From assembly GCA_013115125.1 (NCBI GenBank), contig JABANN010000004.1, forward strand, positions 62,001 through 126,000: DNA of 64,000 bases, given 5' to 3'. Of the stretch, positions 14,420 through 28,557 are shown piece by piece (within the stretch, counting starts at the first letter, position 1; each line of letters opens with the position of its first letter). The position numbers were made by a program, and so were the translations under genes. Source of the DNA: Perkinsus olseni. Taxonomy: Eukaryota. The notes below the pieces were generated by a model. It worked only from the letters and a program-made list of their open reading frames with translations, searched no databases and was not told the origin of the DNA.

Positions 14420-16203
14420 TTAGCGCTCGCCCCAGCTGAGGTAGTCTGAATCGCCTAGCCTGCTCTTCTTGCGAAGAAAAGTGATGGCGAAAACTATCGC
14501 GAATACACCGCAGGCAGCACCAACGGCGATGTACGAGTAACCAAGGATGCCATTCTTGCCACCAGCCCAGGTGGTCGTGGCAATGACGATACTCTTCGTA
14601 CCACCGTACTGTGTCGTAGGGAAGTTGTCTGATACTGTGAAGCGAAGAACATCCCCAGCCTGCAAAGGCGAGTGACGGAAAAGAGGACCTATGGACACTT
14701 ACCCTGAGGTCATCGTCTATCCTAGCATACATCTTTCTGAACGTCGGTAAGCCAGCAGGCCTCATCCAGCCAATGAATCGGCCATTAAGGAGAGCCCAGC
14801 CCGCGGGGTTGAGTTTACGCTCGTATCCCTCGGCAGCAGTACATGCAAACTCGGGATCGACACCATCAACACCACCAGGTACCTAGAGGGAAGACATACG
14901 AGAAATGGAGGCGGCATTGATGCCTGCTCCTACCAGTGTGAATTTACATGAGGCTTCATCCGTCATGTAGTTGGTGCAGGCTGTGTGATTGGTAGCTGGG
15001 TCAGCAGTGGCACTCATGACGTAGATCTTCTTATAGTCGGATGGATTCTGTTGCGCAGCGATCGGTACCTGGACACGAGCGATGATGACGACGACACGAC
15101 GAATAACTGAATACACTCACACAAACTTGAGGAGGGAAGTAGAAGGTGAGCCACATATTGAGGGAGACCTGATTCTCGACGCCCTCGTCGATTGTCCCCT
15201 CCGGATCGAGGTTATTAAACTTATACTCTACGTCATCCTCACAAGCTATCACGGTATTGGTCTGAAAGAGAACAGATGAGCATCAGCAGCGACCCTTCCT
15301 GTGATCATCACCTCCGTTATATTGGTCCTCTCCCAAACGGCTGCTGCGGAATCTACCCGTTTAGTGTCAATGATGTACGAATCATTGAAGGTAGATCTGG
15401 CGATCAACCCGCAGGGATAGTTACTGCAAGCAGGAGGAGGCGGATGAACTACCGTGGCCTTAGCATCTTACTTTCGTTCAAATTCATCTCGCTCCCATGG
15501 ACTGCAGTCCCCGTTAGCACCACGTTTCGTTGAGACATCACTGGGCCCTGAGGATGATGCAATAAAAAGAAAACCTCCGTGCTAGGGTGATGCCACTGAC
15601 TTGCCAACTGAAAGTAGTCCCGGGAGGCAATGTAACGCCTATGGTTCTGATAGAAGTTGGTGAGTTCATAGTACCTGAGCCAGGGCTAATAGAAACGGCT
15701 AGAGGATATAAGGCTCTATAACTATTAACACTTACACATAGATGGGAGCGTTCATATCCTCATTGATCTCCATCTCTACCGGGAACACCCCTCCGTTGGC
15801 CAAGTCCGTGTAGTCGACCGTTTGTTCGTTCGTGCTCTTGTCCGCCTGAGTGACAAGTGTACCCGAACTAATACGAACCAGGCGGAGGCGACGGGAACCT
15901 ACCTCGACCAGTCCAATGCCTATCGCAATGAAAGCCGCGGCGAATGCTACAAACGTGGCTATAACCCATCTGACAGCAAAAACGGCATCAGCAGCGAGAA
16001 CGGAGTAACCCAAAGAAGATGATCTACTTAGGGCTGAGGAGGGGTTGCCAAGCTCGTATCCTTTGCTGGATGAGATCGTTGTCATACTGCTTCCGATGGC
16101 GGCTTTGCGGGTGTGCTTGCTGTTGTTGTTGTTGTTGACCTTGTGCCCGAGGTCTCAACGAATCCTCAGGTGGTCCGCTAGAGCATTCAGGAGCAGCAGC
16201 CAT
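14420..16203 (-). CDS. CDC50/LEM3-family P4-ATPase (lipid flippase) beta subunit, multi-exon
   Basis: 'QQRIRAWQPLLSP', TM1, 'APIYV|YYELTNFYQNHRRY..SR', 'FIGWMRPAGLPTFRKMY' and 'TTTWAGGKNGILG' followed by TM2. Confidence 0.92.
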
Positions 16204-16868
16204 TACCAACAAACTGCTGAAAATACCCAAGCAGTGACAGCACCGACTCGCCGCAGCTGATGATGGAAGGCAAAGGAAACAACACGACGATGACTCGGCA
16301 GGAAATGGCGAGCGCAATCGATCCATATTCATCGGGAGAAATCAATCATCGTCATCATATTCCAAACCAGTACTACTACCACTACCACCCAAGTGCGGGG
16401 GGATATCCTGTTGACAGACGAGGTTGTATACCACGAGTAGAAAGGGAGGGTCAATAGTGATAACAACAGCAGTGCGCCTTTCTCATTGTTGTAAACATAA
16501 CAAGGGCTTGGGGACAATGGTAGTACAAGTAGCGGTGGATAACGTCTTCACAGCAAGTGGTGTCACACAACAACAGTCATGGTCAATGCTGACAATAGAC
16601 TTATCAGAGTGATGACACTAGCTATACGACGACGACGAAGACGACGAAAAGACAATGATTAACACGATGATTGGTGTAGCCGAGAGAGATAGTACACGGG
16701 AAAATGATGAGGTCCTCAGAGAGAGATATCGCTACTCCTGTTGCGGTGATGACTGCTTCAGCGTTAATGCCGGTGTTGTACTCACAAAGGAAGAAGCTCG
16801 GCAGGGCTGCCACTCACCGAGCTTATAGTGGTAAACTTGTTGCAAGTATCATCATCACCAAGTTAGGC

Positions 16869-17986
16869 TTACTTGGGAACATCATCGGTACTTGATGCGC
16901 CGTTCTCCTCCTCCTCCTCGTCGTCATCATCGTCATCAGTCTTGGTGGTGAGGGAGAGCTCTAATGGAACATGCGAAGGGTCCTTCGTGAAGTACTCGAA
17001 TGACATGCTTGAGGGAAGCCGCCGATTGAAAGATTCTTGATGCTGTTGCTGCTGCCTATTCTCCTCAGAGTTCTCCTCGCCAGACGAGCTCGTTGGGTTG
17101 AACAAGGGCCTGACACAAGGACCAGGACACGTCGGCACTACTTGACAGCAGCAAGGTTGACTTACGCAAGAGCATCTCTGAAGATAGCGCCCAATCGCAG
17201 GACCTCGTCCTTGTCGGAAGTCCCTATCCAAAGGGCTAATCGTATATTATACTTTCGTACGGAGCAGACTGCGCCACATACTGCATCAACATCAGTTTCC
17301 CTATTGGGGAAGACACTACCAATCAACGACAGTAATATGTTAACCCAGGATTCATCGATACTCTGACAAGAGGAATAACAGTAATGAAGATAACTGAAGG
17401 GTACGGGGCGAGAACGTACCTCCTTTTGCTGTTCTGATGCTGCTCCCCGTTTCACTGGCCGATCCACCGAGACTATCCACCGGCCACCCTTCGCGCAGGT
17501 CTCATCCTCCCACATCGGGGCAATGCCTTGCCGGAATACACTATAATCAGCATAGGTTAGTCGGCTGGGCGATGATACGTTGTTAAAGACTCGCCAAAAG
17601 TCCTCTACTGAGCTAAAATCCAGTACCCGCTTCTGAGTACCCTTCCAGTTATCCTTCTTATCCTATCATCAAACATGACCAATAACCACAACCATGACTA
17701 CTACTACCTTAGTCTGGGCTTGATACATGAGCCAGAAGCTCCAGGTGTGCTCCAAAGGATGGGGTCTGGAGGGTGGAGGGGGTGTTGCCCCACTACTACT
17801 GGAATAAGCCTCCTCAACATCATCAGAGTTGTTACTAATTGATGTGGTGGTACCGGACTCCACCGGTGCCGGGGAGGCCCTATGTGATGATGAGTGCGCT
17901 GCCTCAGCAGCCCCGTCATTCAGTGACGACGGGATGACAGCAGCACCGGTAGTGCCAGACATTGCCTCGGAAACTTCTCCACTCAT
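16869..17986 (-). CDS. EIF4E: Cap-binding translation initiation factor eIF4E, multi-exon (3' end approximate)
   Basis: 'HPLEHTWSFW', 'FSSVEDFW', 'DYSVFRQGIAPMWEDETCAKGGRW', 'W..ILLSLIG' and 'VCGAVCSVR...RLALW'. Confidence 0.93.
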
Positions 17987-18030
17987 ACTAAAATGACCAT
18001 CACGTTCATGCGTCCACGGTCTCCTCCAAA

Positions 18031-18050
18031 GTAGCCATGCTTGGCTCATG
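18031..18050 (+). other. Spliced-leader-like sequence (SL relic or anti-SL element)
   Basis: GTAGCCATgCTTGGCTCAtG compared with the recalled Perkinsus SL ACCGTAGCCATCTTGGCTCAAG matches 18 of the last 19 SL nt with one insertion. It is not followed by a GT donor. Confidence 0.4.
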
Positions 18051-19045
18051 GCGCACGCCCGAGGGATCTATTCAAGCCCTCAGGGCGAGCGCTACTTTTG
18101 TCGGCGGAGCGGTGGTGTGAAATGTTCTCAAAAAATTCATTTGAGACTGCGACCGTCTCGAATTAGGCTTAATATCGTATTTTTGTATCAAAGTAACGCA
18201 TGGGCAATCCCTACACGCGATCCACTTTCACACGGTGTCTTGATAGAGGAGATGATTCTTGCTATGGTCCAAAAATTCCCTGATTCCCCACCGTTTTGTG
18301 CAAACAACCATTTCGTATGCTTCTTCAGGTCCAGTATCGGTGGGGAAAAGCCGTTCCCGCCGTTTTCGGCGATGAGACCTTTATGGAGGTGCGCAGGAGT
18401 ATTGAAGTTGCAGATATGATAGGAAGGGATGGTAGTACTGGCGGCGGGTAGTCGGGCATGCTACATAATGGGTTATAACAGTGTGCTACTGACTGCGCAG
18501 GATTTCTTAGAATCCCTGTAGGGTGGCTTACGACCTTTTTCGGTATATTGTATGTTGATTTATGAGGTTGATGCGTCCTGTATTAACTCCATTGCCGAAG
18601 TGCTGAGTGTGTGGATTCAGTTGGAAGGTGTTTTTGCCATGTCACGGTCGTCACTGGGCCTACTGGATCGGTAGGGGATACCTGTTGATGGTATTCACGA
18701 CAGATTTGAGTACACGAGTAGTGCACCGGCATTTGCCATGTGAATCGCACGATACGCTATAGTTACCATCATTCTATCTAATGCTATAGCCATGCTGCCT
18801 CCACCACACACGGCTCGGGGAACATTTCGTTCACTCCTGAGTCCTGCTTCGGCTCTATTCCTACATTTTGTAGTTATTACTTTGATCAATTCCAAGCATG
18901 CCGTTGATCTCGGACAACTTTTTGCAAGACGATGGTACAATTCTGTTATGGTTTCTTAAGCATTAGAAATCGTGTTGAGTTCTCTTCTCGCATTTACGGT
19001 CGTAATTGTTTTGGTTAAGCCTCTGATTGGCCGTCGTTGACCACT

Positions 19046-22000
19046 ATGGCGCAGTCATCGGCGGCGGCCAGCCATCACAAACGGAAACGGGCTCGGCACC
19101 AGAGCTCTGGGGCAGGTGGTAGCATGAGATCCACTGTAAAGGATTCCATGCCCACAGTGGAGATGCGAGAGGCCCTAAACCGAGATGGAGAGATGGGTAG
19201 AGTACTGTTGGAGCGTGGGTATCTCGGTGCTAAGCTGTATACTGGTCCCGATATTACCACTGGGCTTTTGCCTGGACAACATGATCAGATATTAGCTGAG
19301 ATGAAATGGGTGCATGCGGATGTGGTGGGGCTGAGGGATCTGAAGCAAGCTCAGTGTCGACGAGTAGCATCAGCAGTGAAGGACTATTGGCGAGTACGGA
19401 CGAAACAACAAGAGCGTGGTGGAGGTGAGCATGTGAGGCTGGATAGGATGCCTGATGGTACTGAGGTCCGACACCAAGTGCAAGCATCAGCATCAGCAGC
19501 AGCGAGTAAAGGCAAGGGTTCATCACCATCCCCTACTGATGATGATGATGATGATGATGATATTGTTATGATACACCATGATGATACTGTTTCCACCGAC
19601 GAGGAATCCCAGTTCTCCAACGCTGCAGAGGCGAGGGCCTCCATCGACCCATTGCGTGATATCATCGATCGTCTCAATGATGCTTCAGCGGTATGGATGT
19701 CCGACAAGGGCCCTCCGATACAGTCGACTACTAGTAGCAATAGCAGCAGTAGTTCAGCAGCCATAGCAGGTCATGGCGCTGGACCTCGGTCAGCAACTGC
19801 CGCACCTTCGGTTAATCCTGATGATGATGCAGCTGTGTGCAGCACAGTATTTGTGCCGGGAGTAGTGGACTTCCCCGACCCTGGCGCGGAGCCCCGGTTA
19901 CGGATGAACGAGTTGCTGAGCAATCAACGTACACTTCTACATGAAATGCAGTTTTCGGAGGCGGCTCGGGCACGTCTACCCGCTCTCTTCACTTCGATGG
20001 TTCGAGAGATGTCTGCACATCCCGCTGGGGACCAGGAGTCAGTGGTGAAGACTCCACGTAGCAGTACTTCGGCAGTTGCCAAGGCTAAGGCTCCAGCGCG
20101 GTCTAGAAAGGCAGCAGCGGCGGCAGCAGCTCAGCAGCAGGCTATGATCACGGTCACTCAGGCGTGGGAGGAGAAGGAGAATCTTTTACTACTAGCAGCT
20201 TTGGCACGGTCCCTGCCCCGTTGCTTCGACCAGAAGAGCTCCTCAACGTACTTTATGGTGGAGCGGCGGAGAGAAGCTCTCCGGAATAGTGTAGCTGCCA
20301 ATTTACAGGAGGATTCATTGGACTTGGCCAGTGGTCTACTAAACGGTGTCAGCTGGCGATCGGTTGAGATCGGTATGCGGTGTGCAATGGAAGGCATTGC
20401 TGGCCAGGACAAGTTACGATCCAATCTTGCCTGTGCCAGGCGTGCCAATGAGATGCTTACAGAGCGTCCTATGGTGCCTCCGGTCGGGACGAGATGGCGA
20501 GGCTCGATTGAAGGCATGGCTGGAGAGAAGCAAAGGCAGATTGGCCTGCCTGTGGAGGTACGCATAGTCGACGAAACGGCGAAGGACGATACCAGCGGTT
20601 CCACTCCTACTAGTACGACTATTGAGCAAACTTTGGCCGTGGTGGACGATGGGGCCTTGGAGAAGTCCGTCGGTAGTCAGGAGGATGCCTTAGCGTTGTT
20701 TCACTATCGTAGAGGGCTAACTACCCCTACCTTTGCGGCGTTCTACTCGTCTAAGGGAGGGCCCTCGGCGCCGCCGCACCGACGCCGGAAGAAACTTGGT
20801 GACTTGGTCAGCGGCAACAACAGCGGAGCCCTGCGATGGAGGCTCCCTCCGGTACGGAAGTGCATACGAAAGGGCTCGTCTACCGGTGCATTATCGTCAT
20901 CGTTGAACAGAAGTAAGCGGCGTCCATGCAGTACTGCCATACGGTCGACAGTGTCTCGCTTGGCGACCCCCGTGAGCTTCTCCGAGGCTCTTAAGTCCTG
21001 GGATGACTACATAGCGACGGTGAGCCATCAGAACTCTTGTCGATGGCTCTCTACGGCGGTCACCTCAATGGGAGCGGCTCGGAGGAGACGGGCAACAGAA
21101 TGCGGAGAGATGAGAGTCTTCCAGTGGGTGGCTCCTCCGGCCGGGTCGCCGGCTTCGCCCTTAGCCTTGAGAAATGCTCATGCTAATGCACTGCTTGCGT
21201 TGCAGCGCTATGCTTCCGCCTCGATGAAGGGGGCGCCTGCGAACCAACCCGCCTCCTGTATCGGGCCTGAAGCTTTGAAGTTGTTGGCTTATGCTGCCCA
21301 CAAGATGAAGGAGCAGATGCCTGACAATGGCAGTGGCATTGAGGTAATGATGAGATATACTAGCAAACTACCACTAGGTTACTTGTTTTTCTGCACAGAT
21401 TGCCCCTACTAAGCAGCCGATCCCTGAGAACTTCAGAAGAACCAAGGTGACGATGTTACCGATGGCGACAGGTCGTGCAGGTGGCACCCACATGATGGGC
21501 CACAAGGCACCACCGCATCAATTAGGAACGGCAGCAGCAGCAGCCGCGCTGAAGCAACAGCAGCAAGCAGGGGGAATGGTGATGGGCAAGGCTCATCTAG
21601 GAGGAGCTGCTTATCAGAGGGCGTCGGCAGTCGCAGCCAATCAACAGCAGCAACAACAGCAGCCGCAGCCACAGCATCTAGCCCAATTGCTGCAGATAAG
21701 AAACGCTGCAGCTGCGGCAGCTTCCGCGGTGAATCAGCACGGCGGTGGTGGCGGGTCTGGAGGACAGCAGGCACCTATGCAGCAGTATATTATGGCGAAG
21801 CGAGGGCAGATGCAGCCGACGAGTTCTACGACGACGATCGGTCTACAAAAACAGCAGCAGCAGCAGCAGAAGACGGCGTTGGGCAAGGCTCCGCCGTCGG
21901 GTGGGCAACGAGGTCAAGGGTCGTTGGGTTCGGCAGCAGGCACCGGCATGCCTAAGGTGCCGTCGGCTGCGATGCACAACCTACTGCAGTCGATGCTGAA

Positions 22001-22610
22001 TCAGCAACAGGCTCAACAACGAGCAGGAGCAACGGCGGCTGCATCTAACCCTCAGACAGCACCGGCGGGTCCAACACAAGCCAACAATCCAGCGGCCGCA
22101 GCGGCGGCTGCTGCTATGGGTAGGGCCAATCTCGGCAACTTGCACCAACTATACCAGAGTTTACTTACGCAATTTACTCATGGTAGTACAACTGGTATGC
22201 GGCGTCAAGGAGGTCTGACACCGACCGGGCCCTCTCCTTCTCCACCTCCTCCTCCTCCACCTACAGCCTCTGGAGGAGCAGGTGTAGCGTCGGGGACCAA
22301 TGCGATGCCGGCCATACAGAATATGCTCCAGAATATACTCGCCAATAGCAGACCTCAGTATAGCGCAGCCCCCACACCAAAAGGCCCAGGTCTGCGAGCA
22401 CCGCAAGGATCGCCTACCGCCACTACACCGTCTTTGCAACAACAGCGATCGCCCTATCAGCAGTTCTATGCAGTCGGTGGAAGCACCGCTGCTGCTCTGC
22501 CTAAGGCTGTATCATCAGGGTCAAAGGCGCCTGCGCCAGCTGCTGCTACTGCCAGGTCGGCTGCTGCTGCTCATGGTCACCCCAATGCCCCATCGGGGCC
22601 GGGCGTCTGA
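19046..22610 (+). CDS. Eaf1/Vid21-like chromatin scaffold (HSA domain, Myb/SANT-like domain, Q/A/P-rich tail), 2 exons
   Basis: HSA-like 'DQILAEMKWVHADVVGLRDLKQAQCRRVASAVKDYW'; Myb-like 'WEEKENLLLLAA...WRSV...RSNLACARR'; a GT-AG intron near 21344-21399; low-complexity poly-Q C-terminus. Confidence 0.6.
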
Positions 22611-23342
22611 TTGGCTGTGTACATAGCTCCTACGCTGCTGTTGTTTACTCGACCACCTCATCATGACGATTACCTCTCGCCTGATGGCCTCGGTATGGTG
22701 CTAGCAACGAGCAGCTTCTAAGGAACTACTGCATCGTACATAGTATCTCTATCATCATTTCTTGAACGATTGCCTGCTGACGACTTGTCGTTGTGGGGTC
22801 TCCATAACCACATTTTCTTCATCGCTTTTATTGTCATCATCATCACCGACCGTGTGCTGCTGCTGGTACCTCCACCCGGTCGGTACCATCGTCTCTCCTC
22901 CTCCTTCGTGGTCGTCGTAATATCATCATTGTATGTAGCATTGTTGAAGTACTCTATTATTGATACCTTACGATAAAGCCTATAGCATACTACCACTACT
23001 CGACTACATCATCCCCGCTGCTTGAGTTCATCACACAATCGCGCCGAGACGCGCCTCGTCTACCGTGTGCATGCGTGCAAGTGAATCGCCGCTCTTTGGG
23101 ACACCTTCCTTTGTTACTACCGTGCCCCACGGTTGAAGTCTCTTCAGGACCTAGCCTTTATATTAGGCCTTGGTATCTCTACGAGGTCAGCTCAGATGCG
23201 CTTACTAGATTATCTATTCGCGAGCCTTCTAGCGCCGTTTGATGCTCTCTGCGGCAATTCAATTTTGCATTGGCATAGTCCCCTTTCGCTGTTGCCGTAT
23301 CCTTTGCAGAAGTTGGATATCTCCCTTTTTCAACCTCACGAT

Positions 23343-24862
23343 ATGGAACACGTTATCGTCGTTGGCGGAGGCCTTGCTGGTCTGTCGGCTGCCCACACTG
23401 TCCTAGAGCGTGGCGGCCGCGTCATACTCGTGGACAAAATGTCATTCTGCGGTGGAAACTCCACCAAGGCTACTTCTGGTATCAATGGAGCTCTCACTGC
23501 CACACAGAGGAAGAACGGCATCCCTGATAGCCCGGAGCTATTCGAGAAGGACTCCCTTAGAGGTGGTGCCGAGAGGCCCGATCTCATCAAGGTCTTGACC
23601 CACGAGAGCGCTGATGGTGTCGATTGGCTCATCGACAGATTCGGCCTGGACTTGTCATTGCTGTCCAGACTTGGCGGCCACTCGATGCAGCGTACCCATC
23701 GTGGTAAGGCCCGCTTCCCTGGTATGACCATCACCTATGCCCTCATGGAGAAGCTTGAGGAGATCTGTGAGCAGGACCCGAACCGCGCCAAGATGATCTT
23801 GAAGGCCAAGGTCGAGAAGCTCCTCACTGATGCATCGGGGGAAGTCGTAGGCTGCGAGTACGTGAAGGATGGGAAGTCTCATCAGCTCTTCGGCGCTGTT
23901 GTTTTGGCTACCGGTGGCTTCGGTGCCGACTTCACTGAGGGGTCCCTTTTGAAGCAGCATAGGCCGGACTTGGCCCATTTACCCACCACCAATGGTGAGC
24001 ACACCACAGGCGATGGTATCAAGATGGCCCAGGCGATCGGCGGAGAGACGGTCGATTTGGAGTGGGTTCAGGTAAGGCAGGCCCTGGATCTCTTCAGCTC
24101 AATCTATTCTAACTTCAGGTGCACCCGACTGGTTTGGTCCATCCTGATGAGCCCGATAATAAGGTGAAGTTCTTGGCTGCAGAGGCCCTCCGCGGCGTCG
24201 GTGGCCTCCTTATTGATGCTGATGGAAGACGCTTCTGTAACGAGCTGGGCCGCAGAGATTACGTTACCGGCGAGATGTGGAAGAACAAAGGACCATTCCG
24301 CCTCCTGCTAAACTCCAAGGCCTCGAAGGAGATCGAATGGCACTGCAAGCACTACAAGGGAAGAGGCCTTATGAAGTTCTACAATTCCGGACGGGATCTG
24401 TGTGCGGATACTGGCATGGATCCCAAGGTTTTGGAGGACAGCTTCAGGGTTAACAACGAATGCGCTGTGAAGATGGCACAGGATCCAGAGGGCGGCAGTT
24501 ACCCGGCTTATCCTAGCGGAAAGAGCTACGATAAATGGGGTAAGAAGTTCTACCATAATACCCCTACTGATATCAACGACTCCTTCCATGTTGCAATTGT
24601 GACACCCGTCATACACTATTGCATGGGAGGTTTGAAGGTTGACACTGATGCCCGCGTCCTCAAGCAGGATAAGCCTATCGAGGGCCTTTTCGGGGCTGGT
24701 GAGGTCAATGGCGGTATTCACGGGAAGAACCGCCTGGGTGGCAGCTCCTTGCTGGACTGCGTGGTCTTCGGCCGTGTGGCTGGCAGGTCGGCTAGCCGTC
24801 ACATGCAGGAGCGCAATGTTAGGGTAGTCGCTGAGAAGGGCTTGGCCAGATCCAAGCTGTAA
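23343..24862 (+). CDS. Soluble FAD-dependent fumarate reductase (Osm1/flavocytochrome c type) with C-terminal PTS1, 2 exons (intron 24072-24118)
   Basis: 'VIVVGGGLAGLSAA', 'GGNSTKATSGIN', 'LGGHS..RTH', 'VQ|VHPTG', 'EALRGVGG', 'ELGRRD', 'IHYCMGGL' and 'GGIHGKNRLGGSSLLDCVVFGR'. The protein ends ARSKL*. Confidence 0.93.
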
Positions 24863-25135
24863 CGGTGTCCACTCACCCTGCATCATGATTTGTTTTTAAT
24901 CGCATTAGTAATAATTGTGGCATTTAAACATTATTGATCGAAAGGTTGGTATCATCAGTATGCAAGTGTGATGAGGTTTTTATGAAGAAGTACTACGCTA
25001 AATATCATTGTTATCATCGCCCGAGAGGAGCCAGTGAGTTTTTCAACTTTGTAACGTAGGTGGTGTATACCAACCAGAATACCCCTGTTTTGTTTCTAGT
25101 TTGTTCACCAAGGGGAAGGGTCTTTAGCTTCCCCA

Positions 25136-25801
<666 letters not shown>

Positions 25802-26169
25802 GCGCAGTTGTGTCCACCTAAATAGTGATTTTCCTCGCCTTTTTTCCTTTGAGTTGCTCAGCTGAAGACTTCGGTTCGACACGCTGGGGTTCGGGTCGCG
25901 CTGAACAGAGATGATGTGGTCACAGCAACGGTGGCTTGTGCTCCTCGTTGTTGCGGCTCCTCTGTGATGTCATCTACACGATGTCTTATCTGCATGCGTG
26001 CAATGTTAGTGTTGTCACTGCATGTCAGTGCAAGTCCCAACTCCTGAAGCAAGCAGACGTATGAGCGGCCAGTTCGATAACGTAGGCTGCCGCTGTTGCT
26101 ACCGCCTAGAGTGGTCTCCGCAGTAGTACTGAGGTCGCTCCAGGTACCCTCCATCAATCCTCATCCCGA

Positions 26170-27369
26170 CATGAACGGCAATGAGGAAGATGATGGTTGG
26201 ACTGGTGAAGACATTTCTGAGAAGAAGTATCATTTCTACCCTTACGGTCGAGGCTCATGTGATTGGACCCTAGAGGAGCACGATCAGATTCGAAAGAAGT
26301 AATGATGACCCCCCTCTAGTTGTTAGACGGCGAAGGTAGATGCCTGAAGGTTGTATGGTTTGCGGGCAGGTCCATGGATGAGATTGAATCCCACTTCAAC
26401 CCGTCCACCACCACCACCCCTGTGACACCTTCTACCAGTGACACCGCTGCAGCACCCCCCACTGGCCAGAAGATGGACTCAACTGCTGGCGCCAATCCTT
26501 TCGCTAAGAAGCCTGGTACTATTGGTAGTAAGTTCAGCACAGCTCATAATACCTACTTCCTCGACGAGGATCTCGACATGGGTCCTGACATAGAGAACCT
26601 CGGCAGTGTAAGAGACTCCTGCACATTAGACCAGACTTTGAGGGTCGGCATCAGGTCCCTGGCAGTGGCATTCATGAGACCACCGAAAAGGACGAGTCCG
26701 GATACCACTACTATGACCCTTTGTCGGGTCAGGCCAAGCCTGGCTCTACAGTCACCGATAGTGCCGAAACTTGGCAGTGGGGCAAGGTGGACAACGTCCT
26801 CAAGCATTCCTCCAGACAGAGGTAGGGCTCACAGAGACTGTCGGCTCGGGCGTAAAGCGCTTGCGTATTTTACAGGACTCATTCGGGAAGCTACAAGAGT
26901 AGTAGTTACGACGCCAACATTCCGTATGCGGCGGCAAGATTTGAGGACTCAGGCGACTTTGATCGCAACATGTTCAGTAAGATCTCTGAGGACTTAGCCG
27001 TGATGTCTGGCGACTCTAGCGCTTTACACCTTCGAGTAACGAGCGATTCCTATGACAATCTTAGACGGTCTATGATAGACCCCATCAATAGAGTGAACAC
27101 TGAAATGTGGATCGCTGTGAATCGGATTAGTGAGAAGCCAGCAGTATTGCGCTTCTTCTGTGCCTCACTATAAGTATTCGTCTAATGAATGTGTTTTGAT
27201 GGTGGTAATTGACTCGATCTCCCAGTTGAGCTGTACATTCCAGCTGTTCATCCTCGCGTGTGTTCTGTGTAGCCATCGAGTCTTGCTTCAGAGTCTGAGG
27301 AAGCTCCGAAAGAATGGATGGCGGCAGCTGATGACGGTGATGTATTTGCATTCCAAGGCAAAGAGGTGA
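26170..27369 (+). CDS. Hypothetical protein, multi-exon
   Basis: A chain of + strand coding-like segments (26170-26300, 26370-26606, 26654-26820, 26876-27128, to 27369) separated by short GT..AG gaps. No family recognised. Confidence 0.45.
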
Positions 27370-28557
27370 AGGCTGGCTCTAAGTAGATGTGCGGCGGCGG
27401 TGCACCTTCATTTGATTGATTGATATAGACAATAAAACCTACAAGTGTTATCTCATTTACAAACACTTACTGCTATGCTGATGATGTCAGAGTAATGTAT
27501 GGGCATTCACGGAGGCCCACGTGGTCCAACCGAGCCGACAATCTCACTGCTAGTAACTGCTATTGCTGCTGTCAAGTTGACGAATCCTGTCCTACCAGTG
27601 GACTCTGTCATCTGTACTTCGGGCGCCCTGCCCGCTTACGACGACATCGAAAGTCCCCCTGTCTGTTTATTTGGGCTTCGGCGCCAGCTGGAGCCTCGGT
27701 CGTGTTGTTTTCTTATTCAGTGTTCACCAGTCGTCACCAGCAAAATCTCTTATTGAGATAGCCTAACCGTCATCGGAGTGTCGTTCGACTATTTTCTGAT
27801 CCCCGCCCATCAAAGCGGCATTCACGTCGTAAAGATGTCATTGTTTTTGCGTTGCGAAGTACAGAGTTGGGCAACCATCTGGACTCAGCGGCTCGATGAA
27901 GCAGATATACAGCAGTATCCTTATACAACCGCCGAGCAAGCACGACAGGGCACTCTGAGTGGAGCAATAAAGGGGGAGAAATCGGTGTGTTGGAGCGCAC
28001 CCGCAACAGTAGCTGGTGACCGAGTCACAGTTTACTCGGACGAGAGCTTAGACCGCCCACAGAAGTCCTGCAATGCGCTGACACTTGCGGCTAGCTGAGA
28101 CTGACAGAGTTGTGTGCCAAACACGAGATAGGAGAACGACTAAGGTGAGGCAACGACTTCCGGCTCGAACTTCACCTCCAAGCTCACGTGCTTTCCAAGA
28201 ATCCTTGTTGAGTGCTAAGTACTCGTCTTTACCCCGTGTCTGAGGGCAACATTCCAGGCTCGATAAACTGGCCTATACTCATCCCTCTTGAAACAAGATA
28301 CATCGGTGTCACCGATTCGGTGATAGTCTGAGTGAGCCAGCTTTCAGCGGTGGACTCGTAACTCACACACACCGATGAGCTTCAACAACAATTAAGGACA
28401 GCTAGTGGGAGTTATAAGATCAGCATAGTAACGACGAATTATCCCGGATAGGTTCAGTGTTCTTCCCCTGAAACATATCATTACTCAACAGCATAATCTC
28501 GGAGAATGCAATAATAATTAAATGAATGGACGAGTATTAAACATCGCAGTCACGCCT

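Noticed and set aside
19538-19561. (GAT)8 and several (CAG)n microsatellites
   Set aside because: They are ordinary poly-Asp and poly-Gln coding tracts within the genes already listed.
27400-28550. Short ORFs and a B-box-like GTTCGAGCC (minus strand, near 28162-28170)
   Set aside because: No cloverleaf could be built and no coding signal was recognised.
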